A stretch of 64,000 nucleotides of DNA from Gemmatimonadales bacterium (GTDB lineage: Bacteria > Gemmatimonadota > Gemmatimonadetes > Gemmatimonadales > GWC2-71-9), in the NCBI GenBank assembly GCA_044229245.1, contig JBGATI010000001.1, positions 322,346 to 386,345 on the forward strand. The letters run 5' to 3'. Within the stretch, counting starts at the first letter, position 1, and each line of letters begins with the position of its first letter. The notes under the pieces are model-generated. The model had not been told where the DNA came from, ran no database searches, and worked only from the letters and a program-made list of their open reading frames with translations. Both the position numbers and the translations under genes were made by a program. Shown piece after piece: positions 41,541 through 51,414 of the stretch.

Positions 41541-42746
41541 TCACGGCCCGGCCGTCACCCAGATCGGACTCGACCAGGCGCGCGAGTGATTGCCGAACTG
41601 GTCGGCATCCGCCTGGACCACGCGCACGTAATACCAGCTCCGGCCGCCGAACCCGGTGTCCACGAACGTGAACTTCGCCTGGCGAGCGGCCGGATGCTCC
41701 TGGTGGATCACCGTGCCGTCACGCACGATGATGATCTCCTCGATGCTGTCGGTCCCCTGTACTTCCACCGCGATGCGCGGGGCGCCGTGGATCGTGATCT
41801 CCTCGCCCATGAAGTGCCCGTCGATCCGCACATCCAGCCCGATCCTGGCATTGTAGACGGCGTAGTTGCGCCGGTGACTCAGCGCATCGAAGATGGCCGG
41901 CCGCGTCAGCGCGGTGGCGAGCACCGCGGTCTTGGGCATGGGCGCCCCATCGTGGGTGTCGCTGCCGCCGACGAATCCGGTTCGGCCACCCGTGCCGAGA
42001 TAGGCGCGCAGCGTGTGCTCGGTCCCGGCCGTGAATCGCCGGGTGGCGACCTGCACCGTATCCGGCCAGATCTCCGAATTCACGATCACCCTGGCGCTCG
42101 CCGCGGAGTAGTCGAACTCGTCAGGCCACTGCACCGGATCGGGGTGGTTGTTGTGGATGAGCCCGCCCGCCTTCCGCACCGCCGCCGCCAGCAGGTCGGG
42201 GCTCGCATAGGCGGAATCCATCGCGCCGAAGATGTAGTCCACCCGATGCGCGAAGTAGACGTTCTTGTGGTCGTAGCGCTTGACCGGACCCGTGAAGCGC
42301 GCCGGTCCGGCGGTCCAGAAGATCGGGTTCGTGGTCCACTCGTAGCCGGCGATGGCGATGAACCGGCCGTCCGCGGTGTACCCGTCGACCTTGTCCTCGG
42401 TCAGGCCCCAGACGGCCTGGGGCAGCTCCCTCGCCGTGCCGTCGCCATAGTCATGATCGCTGACGACGGCGAAATCGAGCCGTGCGGTGTCCCGGGCGTA
42501 GGTGAAGTAATGATCGAGGGTCCCCTTGCCGTCGGAGAACGCGGTATGTCCGTGGAGGTCGCCCCAGTAGACCTGGTAGGGGCTCACGGCACCGAGGGAA
42601 TCGGCGCAGGCGACCGAATCCGTGGCGCCGGCACAGGGGCCGCTCACCGATGGAGCCGGTGCGAGGATCTCGTTGCAGGCGCAGGTGCCCGGCGAGGAAC
42701 TGACGAGGAAGAGCGGTCCGAGCAGGGCGATGTGCTTGAGGGTCAT
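41541..42746 (-). CDS. Exported PHP/DUF3604-like metal-dependent hydrolase
   Basis: ATG at 42746. Signal peptide plus a Cys-rich N-terminus. WGDLHGHTAFSDG, DFAVVSDHDY, GGSDTHDG. Confidence 0.6.
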   Translation of the reverse strand: MTLKHIALLGPLFLVSSSPGTCACNEILAPAPSVSGPCAGATDSVACADSLGAVSPYQVYWGDLHGHTAFSDGKGTLDHYFTYARDTARLDFAVVSDHDYGDGTARELPQAVWGLTEDKVDGYTADGRFIAIAGYEWTTNPIFWTAGPARFTGPVKRYDHKNVYFAHRVDYIFGAMDSAYASPDLLAAAVRKAGGLIHNNHPDPVQWPDEFDYSAASARVIVNSEIWPDTVQVATRRFTAGTEHTLRAYLGTGGRTGFVGGSDTHDGAPMPKTAVLATALTRPAIFDALSHRRNYAVYNARIGLDVRIDGHFMGEEITIHGAPRIAVEVQGTDSIEEIIIVRDGTVIHQEHPAARQAKFTFVDTGFGGRSWYYVRVVQADADQFGNHSRAWSSPIWVTAGP

Positions 42747-42875
42747 TCGCCCCCCCTTTCTTCGGGGATCCACCAAAGGCGATGTCTCACCCTTCAACCT
42801 ATCCCGAGGGCGTGAGCCGAGCATGAGGGAGGGGTGAGATTGCCTTCTCCGTGACCGACCGGGCGCTCGGTCGCC

Positions 42876-44126
42876 CTACGACAGGGCGGCGAGGAGGGCT
42901 TCTATGTCGTCGGAGCTGTTGAAGAGTGAGGGGGAGACGCGCATCCGATCACCATAGAGGCTCACCGACACCTTCGCGGCCTTGAGCCGGGCCCCGAAAC
43001 GCTGCTCCGCGCCGGGCAGGGTGAACGAGACCAGCGCGGAGCTGCTCTCCGGCGGGGTGATGGAAGTCCATCCGAGCCGCGGGAGCGCCTCGTGCAGCCG
43101 GCGGAGGAGTGGCTGGCGGTGTGCCTGGATGTTCGCCACGCCGATCCGCTGCAGGTACGGGATCGACACCGAGAGGGCGTTCACCGTGGCCTGGGAGTAG
43201 GTGCCCACCTCGAAGTGTCCACTCGCGTCCTGGTGCAGCGACCAGGTGACCGGCTGGTCGGCCGGCGGATCGGATGGCAGGTAATGCGTTGCCGTGTCGG
43301 CCTGCTGATAGCCGACCTGGGTGCGATGCACGACGCGGTCGAGCAGATCCTCTCTCACGTAGAGGAAACCGAGCCCGAAGTCGCCCATCAGCCACTTGAA
43401 GCTGGAGCAGCCGCAGAAGTCGACCCCGCTCGCCCGCACATCGATCGGCGTGTTGCCCGCCGCCTGGATGATGTCGGCGTAGACGTAGGCGCCGCGGGCA
43501 TGCGCCAGCTCGCAGACGGCCGCGAGATCGTGCTGGAAGCCGTTGTACCACGACACGAGCGACAGCGCCACGAGCTTCGTGCGCGGGCCCATCGCGGCCG
43601 CGATGTCGCCCAGCTCGATCCGCCAGTCCCGCGGCCGGACGATCGTGACACCCAGCCCCTGCCTGGCGAGTTCGCCGTAGAGCACGAGCGAGCCGTCGAA
43701 GTGGAGTGCATCGGTCACCACCGTATCCCCGCTCCCCGGCAACCCGAGTCCCTGCACGACCAGGTTCTCCGCGACGCTGGTACTCTGCACCAGGCTCACC
43801 GAGGCCGGCGTCGCGTTGATCAGCGCGGCGAATGCCGCCTTCACCTCCGCGGCGAGCGAGTCGCCTGAGCGCACCCGCGGCTCGGCGAAGGTGCGGGTGG
43901 CGAGGTAGCGCTCGACCGCCCGCGCCGAGGCGACCGGCATCGGATGGATGAAGGCGCTGTTGAGATAGGTCTGGTCGCGAGGAATCGCGAAGTCCGCACG
44001 TGCCGGCAGTGGTCCCTCCACGAAGGATGCCGCGCCGGGATCCCCTGGCCGGGCGAGCGAAAAGCCGGCGGCGAGCGCGGCCGCGCCCCCCGCTTCGGCG
44101 AGCAGTTCACGCCGCGTCATCGTCAT
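42876..44126 (-). CDS. TAT-exported class V aminotransferase-fold PLP enzyme
   Basis: MTMTRRELLAEAGGAAALAAG twin-arginine signal. Class V fold with SSFKWLMG (PLP lysine context). Confidence 0.8.
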   Translation of the reverse strand: MTMTRRELLAEAGGAAALAAGFSLARPGDPGAASFVEGPLPARADFAIPRDQTYLNSAFIHPMPVASARAVERYLATRTFAEPRVRSGDSLAAEVKAAFAALINATPASVSLVQSTSVAENLVVQGLGLPGSGDTVVTDALHFDGSLVLYGELARQGLGVTIVRPRDWRIELGDIAAAMGPRTKLVALSLVSWYNGFQHDLAAVCELAHARGAYVYADIIQAAGNTPIDVRASGVDFCGCSSFKWLMGDFGLGFLYVREDLLDRVVHRTQVGYQQADTATHYLPSDPPADQPVTWSLHQDASGHFEVGTYSQATVNALSVSIPYLQRIGVANIQAHRQPLLRRLHEALPRLGWTSITPPESSSALVSFTLPGAEQRFGARLKAAKVSVSLYGDRMRVSPSLFNSSDDIEALLAALS

Positions 44127-44209
44127 GCGGGGCTCCCGGAGATATCAGCGCACCCAGTGATCGGTGAATAACCTGTGGTCGCGCCGGACGCCGGGCAAGG
44201 CGTCGGGAC

Positions 44210-45148
44210 CTACGGCTCGAGCATGCCGATCGTCCCGAGCCAGCGCTCGACGAGGGCCGGCCACTCCGTGATCGGCTCCTTCGTCCGCCGGAGTCCGAAG
44301 GCGTGCCCGCCATGGGGAAAGAGATGCAGCGCCACCGGTACCCCCGCCCGCAGGAGCGCAGCGTGATACACCCGCGCATTCTCGACCGTGTCGACCGGAT
44401 CGTCGATCGCCTGCAGCAGGAAGGTGGGCGGCGTCTCCCTGCTGACCGGGACGAATGGATTCAGCTGGTGCGGCCTGGTGGTCTTCTCCCGCAGGTGACC
44501 GGGATAGAGCGCCACCGCGAAATCGGGGCGCGCGCGCTCGCTGTCCGCGGCATCGACCGCCGGATAGAGCGGGCGGTCGTACAGCGTGCTCACCGCGGCC
44601 ACCAGGTGTCCCCCCGCCGAGAAGCCCAGCACGCCGATCCGGTGCGGATCGATCCGCCACTCCGCGGCGCGATGCCGCACCATCCTGATCGCCCGGAGCG
44701 CGTCCTGCAGCGCCAGAGGTGATCTCGGGTAGGCGCCCGACTTCGGGAGTTGGAGCTCGCCGGGCACCCGGTACTTGAGCAGCACGCAGGTGATGCCCTT
44801 CGCCGTGAGCCAGTCGCAGACCTCCGTCCCCTCGAGGTCGATCGCCAGGATCTGATAGCCACCACCCGGGAAGACGAGCACCGCGGCCCCGCTGTTCTTC
44901 ACTGTCGGGGAATAGACCGTGATGGTGGGCACCGAGACCCGGCCGACGAGCGTCCACGGCTTCCCGGCGACCGGCTCCTCGTTCACGACCCGCATCTCCT
45001 CGGGACCGGTAGCGCCCCTCGCACCGGGGGGCGTCCCCGGCCAGAGCGGGAGCTGTGCGTGTCCCGGAGCGGGCCGCCAGGGTGCGGACTGCGCGTGGAG
45101 CGCGCCCGCCTGGAGGCCGGCGCTGAACAGCAGAACGAGGGCTCTCAA
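44210..45148 (-). CDS. Secreted alpha/beta hydrolase (esterase/lipase)
   Basis: TTG start overlapping the MFS stop. Signal peptide. VLVFPGGGY, nucleophile GFSAGGHL, HLFPHGGHAF. Confidence 0.8.
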   Translation of the reverse strand: MRALVLLFSAGLQAGALHAQSAPWRPAPGHAQLPLWPGTPPGARGATGPEEMRVVNEEPVAGKPWTLVGRVSVPTITVYSPTVKNSGAAVLVFPGGGYQILAIDLEGTEVCDWLTAKGITCVLLKYRVPGELQLPKSGAYPRSPLALQDALRAIRMVRHRAAEWRIDPHRIGVLGFSAGGHLVAAVSTLYDRPLYPAVDAADSERARPDFAVALYPGHLREKTTRPHQLNPFVPVSRETPPTFLLQAIDDPVDTVENARVYHAALLRAGVPVALHLFPHGGHAFGLRRTKEPITEWPALVERWLGTIGMLEP

Positions 45149-46617
45149 CGTCGCCTCGAGGGAAGGAGCGGGGACGGACCGTGCCTTCGGCTGAGGAGCT
45201 GCCTGAAGGATAGGCGCGTGACGACCGTGATGGCCACGACGACGAGCCCCGCGGCGACTCCGAAGGTCACCCGCATCCCGGTCGCGACGGCCTCCGGCGG
45301 TGCGGTGGTGATGTCGCTGACCGCCGACGCAAAGGCGAAGACCGCTCCCATGACGGACGCCCCGGTGATCAGGCCGAGGTTGCGCGAGAGGTTGAGGAGT
45401 CCGGAGATCACGCCCCGCTGCTCGGCGGCGAGATCCGACATCACCGCGGTGTTGTTGGCCGCCTGGAACAGGGCGTAGCTCGCGGTGATGATCACGATCG
45501 GGATGACGAAGCCTGCGAGACCGAGCGTGGCGGGCGCGAGGCTCAGCGCCGAGCAGCCGATCGCGATGCCGACCAGTCCTCCGAGCGTCGTCGCCTGCGG
45601 GCCGACCCGGTCGACGATCCGGCCGGCGGGTACTCCGCTCAGCGCCGCGACCACCGGGCCGACCGACATGACGAGGCCGACCAGTGCCGTCTCCAGCCCG
45701 AGCCCGCGCGACAGGTAGAACGGCCCGACGACCAGCGTCGCCATCAGGACCGTCGAGACGACGGCACTCAGGACGAGGCTCGCACTCAGCACGGGATCGC
45801 GGAACCGGGCGAGCTGGATCAGCGGCGTGGCCACCCTGGATTCGACCAGGAGGAAGAGCCCGCCGAGGAGGACCGCGGCGACGAGCAGCGCGATGTTGAC
45901 CACTCCGAAGTGACCGCGCCCCATCGTCATCGCGAGCGCATAGGCCGCGAGCATGAGCGCGAGCAGGAGCGTCCCCGCTTCGTCGAAGCCGGTTCGCTCC
46001 CCCGCCGCACGCGGACGGTCGGCGGGGAGCAGGCGCTGAGCGAGCAGGAGGGCCGCCAGGCCGAGCGGGACGTTGATGAGGAAGATCGCGCGCCAGCCGA
46101 CAGTCGCGATCAGTCCGCCACCCAGGGAGGGACCGAGCGCGGTGCCGGCGGCGGACATCGTGCCGAGGAGGCCCATCGCGCTTCCGATCCTGGACTTCGG
46201 CACGGCATCTCCGACGAAGGCCATCGAGAGCGCGAGCATGACGGCGGCACCGAGTCCCTGCCCGGCCCGGGCGGCGATGAGCACCGCCAGGCTCGTCGCC
46301 ACACCGCAGAGAGTGGAAGCCACCGTGAAGAGGAGGATGCCCGCCAGCATCAGGCGCCGCCGGCCGACGATGTCACCAAGCCTGCCGACGCTCACGATGA
46401 GGGTCGTGGTCGCGAGCAGATAGGCCAGGACGACCCATTGCACCTGCTGGAAGGACGCGCCGAGCGCCTGAGCCAGAGTCGGCAGCGCGATGTTGGCGAT
46501 GCTGGTCCCCAGCGACGGAAGCAGCATCGCGAGGGCGAGACTCGCCAGCACCCATCCGGCCGAGCGGTCGGGTGCTCTCGTGCCGGCACTGGTCTGCGGC
46601 TGCATGGCTTCGTTCAT
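45145..46617 (-). CDS. MFS transporter, DHA2 (14-TMS drug:H+ antiporter)-like
   Basis: ATG at 46617. LPSLGTSIANIALPTL, GRLGDIVGRRRLML. About 14 hydrophobic segments. Confidence 0.88.
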   Translation of the reverse strand: MNEAMQPQTSAGTRAPDRSAGWVLASLALAMLLPSLGTSIANIALPTLAQALGASFQQVQWVVLAYLLATTTLIVSVGRLGDIVGRRRLMLAGILLFTVASTLCGVATSLAVLIAARAGQGLGAAVMLALSMAFVGDAVPKSRIGSAMGLLGTMSAAGTALGPSLGGGLIATVGWRAIFLINVPLGLAALLLAQRLLPADRPRAAGERTGFDEAGTLLLALMLAAYALAMTMGRGHFGVVNIALLVAAVLLGGLFLLVESRVATPLIQLARFRDPVLSASLVLSAVVSTVLMATLVVGPFYLSRGLGLETALVGLVMSVGPVVAALSGVPAGRIVDRVGPQATTLGGLVGIAIGCSALSLAPATLGLAGFVIPIVIITASYALFQAANNTAVMSDLAAEQRGVISGLLNLSRNLGLITGASVMGAVFAFASAVSDITTAPPEAVATGMRVTFGVAAGLVVVAITVVTRLSFRQLLSRRHGPSPLLPSRRR

Positions 46618-46756
46618 GGGGCCCCTTTCCGCGGGTGGCGCCGGTAGTCGCGTCCTGAGGAAAGGTGCTCCCTGATCCAGATGGCGGAAGCCGCACCGGG
46701 CGCACTTATTACCTGCACCAGACGCCGCATCGCCCCACGAGGACCGGAACGCTCCC

Positions 46757-47644
46757 ATGGCCAGACCCGATCTCAACCTGCTCGTCACCCTGGATGTCCT
46801 GCTCGCGGAAGGCAGCGTGGCGCGCGCCGCTCGCCGCCTTCGACTGAGTCCCTCCGCGATGAGCCGGGCCCTCACCCGCCTCCGCGAGGCGACCGGGGAT
46901 CCGCTGCTGGTGCGGGCCGGGCGCGGGCTGGTGCCCTCACCCCGCGCCCAGGAGATGCGCGAGCGAGTGAGCCGGATCGTCGAGGAGGCGGAGGCCGCGC
47001 TCCGTCCCGTCCGGCTCCTCAAGCTGGGCGCGCTGACCCGGACCTTCTCCGTGCGGACCAGCGAGGGCTTCGTGGAGAACTTCGGGGCGAAGCTGCTGGC
47101 GCGCATTGCCACCGAGGCGCCCGGCGTCCGGCTCCGCTTCTTGCCCAAGGTCGACAAGGAGAGCGCGCCGCTCCGCGAGGGGACGGTGGACCTCGAGACC
47201 GGCGTCGTGGTGAAGACAACCGGTCCCGAACTCCGCGCGCAGGCACTCTTCCGGGACCGCTTCGTCGGTGTGGTGCGCAAGGGTCACCCACTCACCACGG
47301 GTGCGATCACCCCGGAGCGCTACGCCGGCGCAAGACACATCGCCATTTCCAGAGAGGGAAAGGAACGGGGTCTCATCGACGAGGCGCTGGAGGGATTCGG
47401 TCTCGTCCGCGAGATTGCCACGACGGTCGGCGGCTACTCCGCCGCACTGGCCCTCGTGCGTGATGCCGCACTCGTCGCAACGGTGCCGGAGCGCCACACC
47501 GGCACCATGCGTGCCGGGCTCTTCACCTTCCCCGTCCCGGTGCCGGTCGCGCCGATCACCGTCTCGCTGCTCTGGCATCCGCGGATGGAGGCGGATCCGG
47601 CGCACCGCTGGCTTCGGGGTTGCGTGCGGGAGGTCTGCGCCTGA
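46757..47644 (+). CDS. LysR-family transcriptional regulator
   Basis: DLNLLVTLDVLLAEGSVARAARRLRLSPSAMSRALTRLR. Divergent from the MFS gene. Confidence 0.88.
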   Translation: MARPDLNLLVTLDVLLAEGSVARAARRLRLSPSAMSRALTRLREATGDPLLVRAGRGLVPSPRAQEMRERVSRIVEEAEAALRPVRLLKLGALTRTFSVRTSEGFVENFGAKLLARIATEAPGVRLRFLPKVDKESAPLREGTVDLETGVVVKTTGPELRAQALFRDRFVGVVRKGHPLTTGAITPERYAGARHIAISREGKERGLIDEALEGFGLVREIATTVGGYSAALALVRDAALVATVPERHTGTMRAGLFTFPVPVPVAPITVSLLWHPRMEADPAHRWLRGCVREVCA

Positions 47645-47654
47645 CCCCTCCGAG

Positions 47655-47882
47655 CTACTTCTTTCCCTTCGGAGCCTCGACCCAGCCCTTGTCCTTGAAC
47701 ACCGCCCAGAGCGCCATCGCGTGCCCGTGCCCGAGGTCGAACTCCTGCTTGAGCCAGGCCACCAGCGCGGCCGCCTTCATGTCCCGCTTGTAGACGCCGG
47801 CCTTCGTGGCCAGGGCCTTGAACTGTTCCGGCGTCTTGCCCGTCTTTGCCTTGATGTTGTCCAGATAGGCCTGAAACGTCAC
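47655..47882 (-). CDS. DUF4287 domain protein
   Basis: MTFQAYLDNIKAKTGKTPEQF...LKQEFDLGHGHAMALW. Confidence 0.7.
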   Translation of the reverse strand: MTFQAYLDNIKAKTGKTPEQFKALATKAGVYKRDMKAAALVAWLKQEFDLGHGHAMALWAVFKDKGWVEAPKGKK

Positions 47883-47904
47883 GCATCCTCCTCGAGGGGA
47901 ACTG

Positions 47905-48213
47905 TCAGGCGCCCGGGCGCGGCGTGCGCACTATTGCGTCCCGCTCCCGCTCCACCGCCGGGCACGGTCGCTCGGCGAAGGGATCGGGAGCGGGAAGCGC
48001 GGCAGGATTTCCCCCCGGCCGGAGTGCGGCGGCGCGGTCCGCCCTGCCCTGGTACAACCGCCAGCCGATCTCGATGCTCTCCTTGAGGATGACGATGCCT
48101 GCAAAGGTGAGCAGCCCCCAGCGGGCCAGCGCCGGGAGCGCCAGCAGCTGCAACTTGAGGTTGAGCAGCAGGTTGTCGATCGGAGAACCCATCGAGGCAC
48201 TCCCGGTGTCCAA
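47905..48213 (-). CDS. Hypothetical protein
   Basis: The N-terminal part looks real (LLALPALARWGLLTFAGIVIL). The C-terminal tail is low complexity. Weak call. Confidence 0.3.
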   Translation of the reverse strand: MDTGSASMGSPIDNLLLNLKLQLLALPALARWGLLTFAGIVILKESIEIGWRLYQGRADRAAALRPGGNPAALPAPDPFAERPCPAVERERDAIVRTPRPGA

Positions 48214-48231
48214 AGAGTTCGCGAGCAGTCG

Positions 48232-48681
48232 CTAGCCGCTCCCGCACGCCCTTCCATTCGCCGGTCGATGCCCCGCCCGGAGCGCATCCCCCTCGGCCAT
48301 GGCCGAGCCGGACTTCGTCTTCTCGTAATACCTCGAGCCGGGACAGTGGTAGATCCCTGATGTCGTGTTCACCCACACCCGCACGGTGGACGCGAGCGCC
48401 GCCTCGAGACTGCATGCCCGGCCCCGTGCGGGTCGATGCCCCTTCGCGCGGGCCTCGCGTTCGCTGAGGTATTCACCCGCCCTGGTCGTGCCGTAGTAGC
48501 GGCTGCCGGTGCAATGATAGACGCCGGTGGCAGTGTTGGCCCACACCCGCACGACCGAATCCTGAATCGCCCGACGATGGAGGGGTGATTCCGCGGCCTG
48601 GGCCTCTGTGGCGGCGAGCAGCAACCCGGCCACCAGCGCAAGAAGCGAGGCGAGCGCACCACGAGGGATTCCTCGCATCAC
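48232..48681 (-). CDS. Secreted protein with two tandem ~48-aa Cys-containing repeats
   Basis: Signal peptide. Repeats VRVWANTATGVYHCTGSRYYGTTRAGEYLSEREARAKGHRPARGRAC and VRVWVNTTSGIYHCPGSRYYEKTKSGSAMAEGDALRAGHRPANGRAC. Confidence 0.55.
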   Translation of the reverse strand: MMRGIPRGALASLLALVAGLLLAATEAQAAESPLHRRAIQDSVVRVWANTATGVYHCTGSRYYGTTRAGEYLSEREARAKGHRPARGRACSLEAALASTVRVWVNTTSGIYHCPGSRYYEKTKSGSAMAEGDALRAGHRPANGRACGSG

Positions 48682-48697
48682 CGGTACCGTCCGCGGT

Positions 48698-48970
48698 CTA
48701 GTTGGAGGGCGGCGCCCCGGGAAGTCCCGGCCGCTCGCGGACCTGTGCGATCATCCGCTCGGCGAAGTCCAGCCGCTCGTGCACGTCGATCAGTTCACGC
48801 CGGAGGACTGCGACCTCGTGCGCGAGTTCCTCCGTGTCGCCCGAATCGGCCGCGCGGAGCCGCGCCTCCTCCAGCTTCATCCGCTGCAGCTTGAGAATCG
48901 CCGACGAGACGATACCCGCGACGGCGACGCCGAGCACCATGATGGGAACCAGGACGAAAACGCCGTTCAC
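48698..48970 (-). CDS. N-terminal TM plus coiled-coil small protein
   Basis: GTG at 48970 with GGAGGGG upstream. VNGVFVLVPIMVLGVAVAGIV then LKLQRMKLEEARL...EELAHEVAVLRRELIDVHERLDFAERMI. Confidence 0.5.
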   Translation of the reverse strand: MNGVFVLVPIMVLGVAVAGIVSSAILKLQRMKLEEARLRAADSGDTEELAHEVAVLRRELIDVHERLDFAERMIAQVRERPGLPGAPPSN

Positions 48971-49254
48971 GGGTGAACCCCTCCGGACAAAGGATGCGAT
49001 AGAGGAAGAACGGTCGCGCGACCCGAATCGGCAAGATCCGGTCAGGCACGCCGCCCAACTCGACGATTCCCGGGCACCGCCGGTTTCCGTGGCGCTTGAC
49101 GCTCCCGACCCGGCACGGTACTGTGCTTCCGTGCGCGACAGGGCGCATCCGGTCCGCGGGCAGGGATGATCCCACCTGGCAGCGCCGCAGTACAAGCCGA
49201 CATCACCTCACTTCGAGCCCACCGACGGCGGACCCCGGGCTCCACGAAGGAGGC

Positions 49255-50772
49255 ATGATGTCCCGCACCCTGCCCGAACGGGCCAGTCTCGAATTCCTCA
49301 CCAAGCAGGCGAAGGACCTTCTCAAAGGCGCCAAGTCCGGTGACGCCGTCGTGCACGCATGGCTCAGGGAGTGGGGGCCGCCCGGGGCCGTCGAGCAGCC
49401 GACCCTCGCCGACTGCCAGCACGCGCTGGCGCGCGAGTACGGCTTCCCGAGCTGGCCGAAGCTCCGCGCCCACGTCGAGTCGCTCGCCGCCACCGACCCC
49501 GCGGAAGCTCTCGCCGCGGCACTCAAGAGTCGCGCGGCGGCCCCGGTCGCCGAGGCGCTGGCCCGCTTTCCGTCACTCAAGCCGAGGCTCAACGAAGCGG
49601 TGAAGGGAGGCGACTTCGGGGCGACGCCGCTCATCGTCGCCGTGCAGCAGTCCAATCGCGAACTGGTGGACCTCCTCCTCGCCAGCGGCGCCGACATCAA
49701 CCAGCGGAGCCACTGGTGGGCCGGCGGCTTCCACGTGCTGGAGGACGATCACGGCCTCGCCGACTTCCTGATCGGGCGGGGAGCCACGCTCGACGCCAAG
49801 TCCGCCTCGCAGCTCGGCAGGCTCGACGACCTCAAGGCTCTGGTGGCGGCCAATCCCAGATCGGCACGGATGCGGGGCGGCGACGGGCAGACGCCTTTGC
49901 ACGTGGCGCCGACGGTCGAGATCGCCGAGTTCCTGCTGAATAGCGGCGCGGAGATCGACGCCCGCGACATCGACCACGAGTCCACCCCCGCCCAGTATCT
50001 CGTGCGCTCCCACCCAGAGGTCGCGCGCTATCTCGTGGCGCGGGGCGCCGCGACCGACATCCTGCTCGCCGCCGCCCTCGGCGACCTCGAACGGGTGCGC
50101 GGCTTCCTCGATGCCGATCCCGAGTCGGTGCGCACCACCGTGTCGGAGCAGTACTTCCCCAAGCGGAACTTCCATGCCGGCGGGCACATCTACACCTGGA
50201 CGCTCGGTCAGGGTAAGACCGCCCATACCGTGGCCCATGAGTTCGGCCATGAGGCTGTGCTCCGGCTGCTGCTGGAGCGGACCCCGGAGTCACTCAAGCT
50301 GGCGCTCGCCTGCGAGCTGGGAGACGAGGCGCTGCTCTCCACGCTGCTCACCTCGAAGCCCGGTCTCGCAACGCAGCTCACCGCCGACGAGCGACGCAAG
50401 CTTCCCGACGCGGCGCGCAACAACAACACCGGGGCGGTACGGCTGATGCTCCGCGCGGGCTGGCCGGTCGCCGCGACGGGCCAGCACGGCGCCACCGCGC
50501 TCCACTGGGCCGGCTTCCACGGCAACGCCGAAATGGCGCGGGTGATCCTCGCGCATCAGCCGCCGCTCGAGGCGATCGAGAAGGACTTCGGGATGACGGC
50601 ATTGCACTGGACGGCCTACGGCTCGGTCAACGGCTGGCATACGGCGACCGGCGACTTCGTTGCCACCGCGGAGCTGCTGCTCGATGCGGGGGCGAAGCCG
50701 CCGGCCGTCACAAAGGACTTGAAGGCGAGCGCGGCGGTGCGGGAACTGCTCACACGGCGGGCCGCGGGGTGA
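49255..50772 (+). CDS. Ankyrin-repeat protein
   Basis: ATG at 49255 after AAGGAGG. Repeats such as GATPLIVAVQQSNRELVDLLLASGADIN, GQTPLHVA, GATALHWAGFHGNAEMARVIL. Confidence 0.8.
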   Translation: MMSRTLPERASLEFLTKQAKDLLKGAKSGDAVVHAWLREWGPPGAVEQPTLADCQHALAREYGFPSWPKLRAHVESLAATDPAEALAAALKSRAAAPVAEALARFPSLKPRLNEAVKGGDFGATPLIVAVQQSNRELVDLLLASGADINQRSHWWAGGFHVLEDDHGLADFLIGRGATLDAKSASQLGRLDDLKALVAANPRSARMRGGDGQTPLHVAPTVEIAEFLLNSGAEIDARDIDHESTPAQYLVRSHPEVARYLVARGAATDILLAAALGDLERVRGFLDADPESVRTTVSEQYFPKRNFHAGGHIYTWTLGQGKTAHTVAHEFGHEAVLRLLLERTPESLKLALACELGDEALLSTLLTSKPGLATQLTADERRKLPDAARNNNTGAVRLMLRAGWPVAATGQHGATALHWAGFHGNAEMARVILAHQPPLEAIEKDFGMTALHWTAYGSVNGWHTATGDFVATAELLLDAGAKPPAVTKDLKASAAVRELLTRRAAG

Positions 50773-50793
50773 CGCGCTACCTGGCGCTGCCCG

Positions 50794-51309
50794 CTACGGG
50801 GGTGTCAGATGCTGCAGGATCCACTGCTCGATGAGCCGCTTCTCGTCATCCCAGCTGCGCTGACCGTAGTTGAGAAAAGCCAGCCCGAAGCCGAGCATGA
50901 GGAGCGGCGCAATCGGAAAGATCAGACTCATCGGGTCGTTCCCGTCGCGCAGGCCAGCGACTCCCGCGATCAGGAACATCGGGGTCAGCAGCAGGAGAAA
51001 GGAAAACCAGAACGTCATGAAGAGCCGGGCATAGGTGCTCATCCGGTACACGCCGTCCAGGTGAGCACCCTGTGCATCCCGAACGAGACGGGCATCGAGC
51101 ACCGGCGCCATCCCGTTCCGGTAGAACGGCCGCTGGTAACGAAGCCGGAGCCGATCTTCGCCGACCTGTCCCCGACAGCCTTCGCCGGACCACCCGAAGC
51201 GCGGCACCGCGGCGCGAAGCGGAGCCAGCCCGGCCGTCCCTTGCGGCAGGGTGAGGCGTACCGGATCCGCGCGCCACAGCATCCCATAGGGGTTAAACCG
51301 GAGGTTCAC
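50794..51309 (-). CDS. Membrane protein, unknown family
   Basis: GTG start. Hydrophobic FMTFWFSFLLLLTPMFLIAGV and IFPIAPLLMLGFGLAFL. Confidence 0.45.
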   Translation of the reverse strand: MNLRFNPYGMLWRADPVRLTLPQGTAGLAPLRAAVPRFGWSGEGCRGQVGEDRLRLRYQRPFYRNGMAPVLDARLVRDAQGAHLDGVYRMSTYARLFMTFWFSFLLLLTPMFLIAGVAGLRDGNDPMSLIFPIAPLLMLGFGLAFLNYGQRSWDDEKRLIEQWILQHLTPP

Positions 51310-51414
51310 CAGGCACTCCGAGCAGGAAGCGTCTTCACTGGGTGCGCCACGAGCGAGTCGTGAAGGGCCTCAGGCATGAGGCGTTGCCGGTGCGAGGGGC
51401 GACACGCCCCCGCC

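Noticed and set aside
45145-47280. 711-aa version of the MFS ORF
   Set aside because: The upstream 221 codons are Arg/Ser/Ala-rich, lie antisense to the LysR gene and lack TM segments. The start was moved to ATG 46617.
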